Positions 60,901 through 64,000 of a stretch of DNA of 64,000 nucleotides are shown here, one piece after another. The translations under genes and the position numbers were made by a program. The notes under the pieces were generated by a model that saw only the letters and a list, made by a program, of their open reading frames with translations, ran no database searches and was not told where the DNA came from. Source of the stretch: Podospora anserina (taxonomy: Eukaryota); assembly GCA_017654855.1 (NCBI GenBank), contig CM030336.1:310001-374000 (forward strand), given 5' to 3'. Within the stretch, counting starts at the first letter, position 1; every line of letters starts with the position of its first letter.

Positions 60901-63900
60901 CAAAGAACTTGGCAAACATGAGCGATCGAGGTGTTAAGGATGACCAGAGCTGCGATCTTGACTTTCCAGAAACTGCATCTGGACAGCCAGTGGAGTAGAC
61001 GAGAGGCAATGTCGGGAACTCGCCCCCCTTACCGTATGCAAGATGGTCCTGAATCCAGCTCAGCACGCAAAAGCAGGTCGGCGGTTCAACTACCTCGGCC
61101 GCGAGAGTAGGAACCAGATCATGTACTGATTCCAGATCCACGTCTATGCCCAGCGCATAAATGGCTTCGTGCCTCTGCCAGCCGAGCCACCTAGAGACCT
61201 GGCAGAGCGCTGTCCTCAAATCGACCTGGCCGTGTATCGTATCCTCGGGAGACAGAATGTTCAGTTTCTGTTCCTCGAGGAAAAGATGGAGCGCCATCAT
61301 CATACTCCATGCTGCATTACTGCGTCCAGGGCTACCTCTGCCGAGAGCCGTGGGAAGGTATCCATCAAAGCCAAAAGCCAGCACGCCGCCAGAAGACGCC
61401 ATCCATTTCTGCGCTAGTTCGATGTGAATAGCAAGGAAGCTCGGTGGACGAGGGCCTGATTCGGCAGTCACGGGGGCCGGTTCAAAGACTGGAGTATCAA
61501 GAAGCCACCGCCATGCTTTGGTGCGAGTCCAAGGCGGGCACGCTGATGAGCTGGGGTTTTCGTATACGCGCATCGTGTCCCAGCTCTTCGGGCATGGGGG
61601 TTGTGCTGCGCCCTCCCCATAGCTCCTGAGGGAAGTCTCACTGTTGTGCCGCAAGGCGAGGAAGCTGGAAAAGAGCAGTATAACGAGTGCTGTCCATTCC
61701 TTGTCCACTATGGGGCGGCTTAGACCCCGAACACGCCCGCTCTGAAGCCACTGCATGATGTGCCACCACCCTGCCAGTAGCTTGTCGGCATAAGAAGTAG
61801 GTAGGACACTCCGGCAAGTATCCAGGACGCGACGTATTTGAGGCGATGAAGGCTGCAACTGGATTCTCACTCGATGAAACCTGCCGTCCTTGTCTCGAAG
61901 GTCAACCACACCACGCGAGTTTGAGTGACAGACGGAATCTATCTGAGTGCAGGCCATGCCAATGCCCATCGACCGCCTGCCTCGAACCTCTTTGTTGACC
62001 TTGTGGCTGCCTGCGTAATCGAGGCTGTGCAGGTTGTCAGAAAATAACAATGGTAATGTTACAGTCGTTACTTTGCCCCAAGGGGACTGCAGGCTGAGCT
62101 CTCTTCCGCCGGAGGTGTCTTCAGACAAGATCATGATGGTCTCATGCCCGTCGGATAGTTTGCATGAATCGACCACGCTTTGAACCCTCCGGGGCTCACC
62201 GGGAACAATAGTGAGGCTGCTTGGGTTTGAGAAACTTTTCATGGCACTTTTTGCTGTGATCTTCTCGTCACGAATATCGACATGGAGGGTCAGAAGCTGG
62301 AGTCTCCTGTCGACAGGGTCCTGGATACCAACAAGAAGCATGGCGCGCCCTTGCTCATCCGTGGCAGTAGGAGGGCTAGCAAGTATAAAGACCTTGGAGT
62401 GTGTCCTGGCAGGCTTGTCCGATAGAGAGTATCGCAGGTTGGCGTTGTCCATGCTGAAGCTGTGGATCTTGGTAAGCATCATCTCCCGTGTCAGTCCATC
62501 AAAGTTGTGATCCTCCAGACCCATACTATGAAACCCCTCAAAATCACCACCAGCACGAAGCTCGTCCAGCAGGTTATCCACCGGCGCTTCATGGAGGCTG
62601 TTCAAGTCTCGATTGCCGCTGAAGCTGCCACTGAATATTGAACCGGCATATCCACTACTCATGCGAGCACGCTGGCTCCCCTGGGAGTCTAGCCTCCTGC
62701 TTGACTGTTCGGTGAAGGTTGCTCGATCTTGAGATGCAGACAGATCAGCACGAGCCAACAGAGAGCTTACTCGGCGTGACTGCCTCCGAGTAGCATCGTT
62801 GCGCTTGTCCGGATCCAAAGAGTTGAGAGCATTGTCCAAGGCCTTTTCGTTTTCCTCGATCCTAACGCTCTTCCTGGTTCTTTTGCCTGGAAGTGGTGCA
62901 CCAAAGCTCTCTCTCATGGACGGGTGAATCGGGGTGGCAGCTCCGCTTGGCAGGCCTGGAGCCATAGAACTCCGTCGCCGCGAAGATGATGTTCTCCTCT
63001 TTTTCTTTTTGCTCAGAAATGGGTCCTCATTCTCTAGATAGGTCAGTCGCCAAACTGTGTACATGCCGGCTTCGCGGTTAACGGTAACGGCAATATGCAA
63101 GCCCCCAGCTTCCGATGCCGGTAGATTCGGGAGCTTGACAGACTCTATGTGAAGCATTTCTTCGGCAGGACTGAGAAACAGGGGCCCGGTCGAACCCCTC
63201 CGACCCCTTGGAGGCTTCGTCCGATCTTGCTGTGTCACCACCAGTCCGATTTCCAACAACGGATCCGTCAGGCAAACAAGCCGAGGCCAATGACTTTCAC
63301 TTGTTTCCATAGGAGGTTGCCACATATTTTCCAGTGTCGAGCTGAGTCGGAGGGGCAGTACTTTCGGGTTGCCCAACCCCTCGGTCGAGAACTCGGGCCC
63401 TCGTTGGGTATTAGACGACGATGGCGGCGGCTGGAACGACACGAAGGAGTTGGGCGGTACTTTCGGGAGACGCAACGAAACCGGAGCTGTATTGTTCGCC
63501 CGTGGCTTGCGTTGAATGATGACACCACATGGTGCTGCGCAGGCAGACTCGACTTCGAAGGGCATGTGGACGACATGGCTGGCACCGGAGAGGAAGTAGA
63601 TGTGCGCCTGGGTCTTGAGGAAGACGACGAGAGCTTTCGAGAGGTTGGGCTTTTCGAGGGCCTTCTTCTTTTGCTTGTCGTTATCTCTAGACTGGTGTTC
63701 GGCCGAGGCAGGGAAGTTGGCTAGGAGGGCTTGGGCGATAGGTTCGTTTTCGAGGTCGAATTTGAAGCTCTTTCGAAAGACCCCGCCGCGGGACCAGAGC
63801 ACACAGTTCTTCGTCGTGAGCAATTCATCCTCATATTCGTTGTCACCCTCCTTGCTAAGGCTGATGTCCCACGTGTAGGTAGATGGAGGCGGGTCGGGGT

Positions 63901-63973
63901 CGAGTATCCCTTCTTGAATGGCGTGTCGCAAGCCGGTGGGCTGATGCACCCCGAGTGAAGCAATCGAGGCCAT
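57914..63973 (-). CDS. APC1: Anaphase-promoting complex subunit 1 (BimE/Cut4)
   Basis: About 2000 aa with EDRRLNEA, PC repeats (HAGFLLALGLNGHL, TSIGLLLGLAAS, AAGFALGFINLG, MAGTGD) and DNRAHLQAFRHFWVLA. A likely 48 nt in-frame intron lies at 60605-60652. Confidence 0.96.
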   Translation of the reverse strand: MASIASLGVHQPTGLRHAIQEGILDPDPPPSTYTWDISLSKEGDNEYEDELLTTKNCVLWSRGGVFRKSFKFDLENEPIAQALLANFPASAEHQSRDNDKQKKKALEKPNLSKALVVFLKTQAHIYFLSGASHVVHMPFEVESACAAPCGVIIQRKPRANNTAPVSLRLPKVPPNSFVSFQPPPSSSNTQRGPEFSTEGLGNPKVLPLRLSSTLENMWQPPMETSESHWPRLVCLTDPLLEIGLVVTQQDRTKPPRGRRGSTGPLFLSPAEEMLHIESVKLPNLPASEAGGLHIAVTVNREAGMYTVWRLTYLENEDPFLSKKKKRRTSSSRRRSSMAPGLPSGAATPIHPSMRESFGAPLPGKRTRKSVRIEENEKALDNALNSLDPDKRNDATRRQSRRVSSLLARADLSASQDRATFTEQSSRRLDSQGSQRARMSSGYAGSIFSGSFSGNRDLNSLHEAPVDNLLDELRAGGDFEGFHSMGLEDHNFDGLTREMMLTKIHSFSMDNANLRYSLSDKPARTHSKVFILASPPTATDEQGRAMLLVGIQDPVDRRLQLLTLHVDIRDEKITAKSAMKSFSNPSSLTIVPGEPRRVQSVVDSCKLSDGHETIMILSEDTSGGRELSLQSPWGKVTTVTLPLLFSDNLHSLDYAGSHKVNKEVRGRRSMGIGMACTQIDSVCHSNSRGVVDLRDKDGRFHRVRIQLQPSSPQIRRVLDTCRSVLPTSYADKLLAGWWHIMQWLQSGRVRGLSRPIVDKEWTALVILLFSSFLALRHNSETSLRSYGEGAAQPPCPKSWDTMRVYENPSSSACPPWTRTKAWRWLLDTPVFEPAPVTAESGPRPPSFLAIHIELAQKWMASSGGVLAFGFDGYLPTALGRGSPGRSNAAWSMMMALHLFLEEQKLNILSPEDTIHGQVDLRTALCQVSRWLGWQRHEAIYALGIDVDLESVHDLVPTLAAEVVEPPTCFCVLSWIQDHLAYGKGGEFPTLPLVYSTGCPDAVSGKSRSQLWSSLTPRSLMFAKFFGLLGTTTNRYEVVVAMYEARFTSQILETLPEAVLTPLQDIIFMCQPNPPPSWSKELLSLVSRTDISTVLRPSKTWRPLGAEINVSVRFIVVLLSTNMPQAPSHAAKWDVRMLCQHLDDFHDRAEETEATERQAVVRSLFREDRRLNEAQNLLSTSKHRVVRLNPKPGTTEPEYLEQQKQLVATVATSTLAIPAGRGLLYFALRFPLLTQKYQINGFQLTCVVQPINNSVGVDKAMFTEEKINWAFFHQGVSGGLAISPHAKGIDTSWILYNKPGSDLNNRHAGFLLALGLNGHLKSVAKWVAFKYLTPKHTMTSIGLLLGLAASYLGTMDSLITRLLSVHVTRMLPRGAAELNLSQHTQTTGIMGIGLLYCNSQHRRMSEIMMSEIEYLEDGEEENPLRDEGYRLAAGFALGFINLGKGGDLKGLRDMRLTEKLLTIATSTKRVELAHVLDRAAAGAVMAIALIFMKSEDHIVARKIDVPDTTLQFDYVRPDVLLLRTVAKNVILWKEIKPTFDWIKSSLPSIYHSRARLSSTRKLQSRDMSFFSILAGICFSLGLRFAGSANIQVRDLLVHYLDEFVRIVRSPVTNFDAELARSNARMCMDLVALSCATVMAGTGDITVLRRLRGLHGRDDKSTTYGSHMAAHLAIGALFLGCGTATFGTSNLATAALLVAFYPLFPANVQDNRAHLQAFRHFWVLATEPRCLVAKDLATGQPMNTPINIHLKPGSATAVAAASQTGSDATDPEVVILRRQTPCLLPPLDDVLRVATDAGGLGCWDLTIDFQNQPSLADEFRNNQSVYLRRRPAHEGTFPATLRALGSSEVVDKGLGGRDPMEWVFELQALRDLTHAERGLVLDRLGSSGGGVGEGEGASTAVDAKLVLRAGLDTEGWSRDRLLGLRLLFEWAERRGVFAGRVVDKTEAEEGKGRKKGKTPAKNGKKKVSMSVGVEGQGGGKSEGVVGGRERELDAVERGEVWWMRDSVIGELKGRAWLAGRDT

Positions 63974-64000
63974 AGTTTTGTTGTGTTTGGTGCTGTCCTG

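Overview
Filamentous ascomycete DNA with short introns, CTAAC branch points and RIP-type mutation in CpA and CpT contexts; probably Sordariales, Podospora-like (inferred, not verified). 1-3.3 kb holds a divergent MFS transporter/EgtD-like methyltransferase pair. 4.4-21.8 kb holds housekeeping genes (CWH43, UTP6, an EVE-domain protein, SWI1/ARID, IMG2, eIF3e), and APC1 closes the window at 57.9-64 kb. Between eIF3e and APC1 lies a ~36 kb accessory island fringed by gene relics. It carries a nine-gene secondary-metabolite cluster: reducing PKS with apparently inactive ER/cMT, FSH1-type esterase, Zn2Cys6 regulator, asparagine-synthetase-like amidotransferase, anchorless P450, cytochrome b5, Rid-family protein, atypical SDR, and a secreted epoxide-hydrolase homologue lacking both catalytic Asp and His. 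The inferred product is an oxidised polyketide (polyene) amide. The cluster is split by an 8.75 kb nest of elements: a heavily RIPed Fot1/Pot2-type DNA transposon containing a full-length RIPed Ty1/copia element and an un-RIPed solo LTR, each with an intact target-site duplication. All family calls come from motif recognition by eye; no searches were run.
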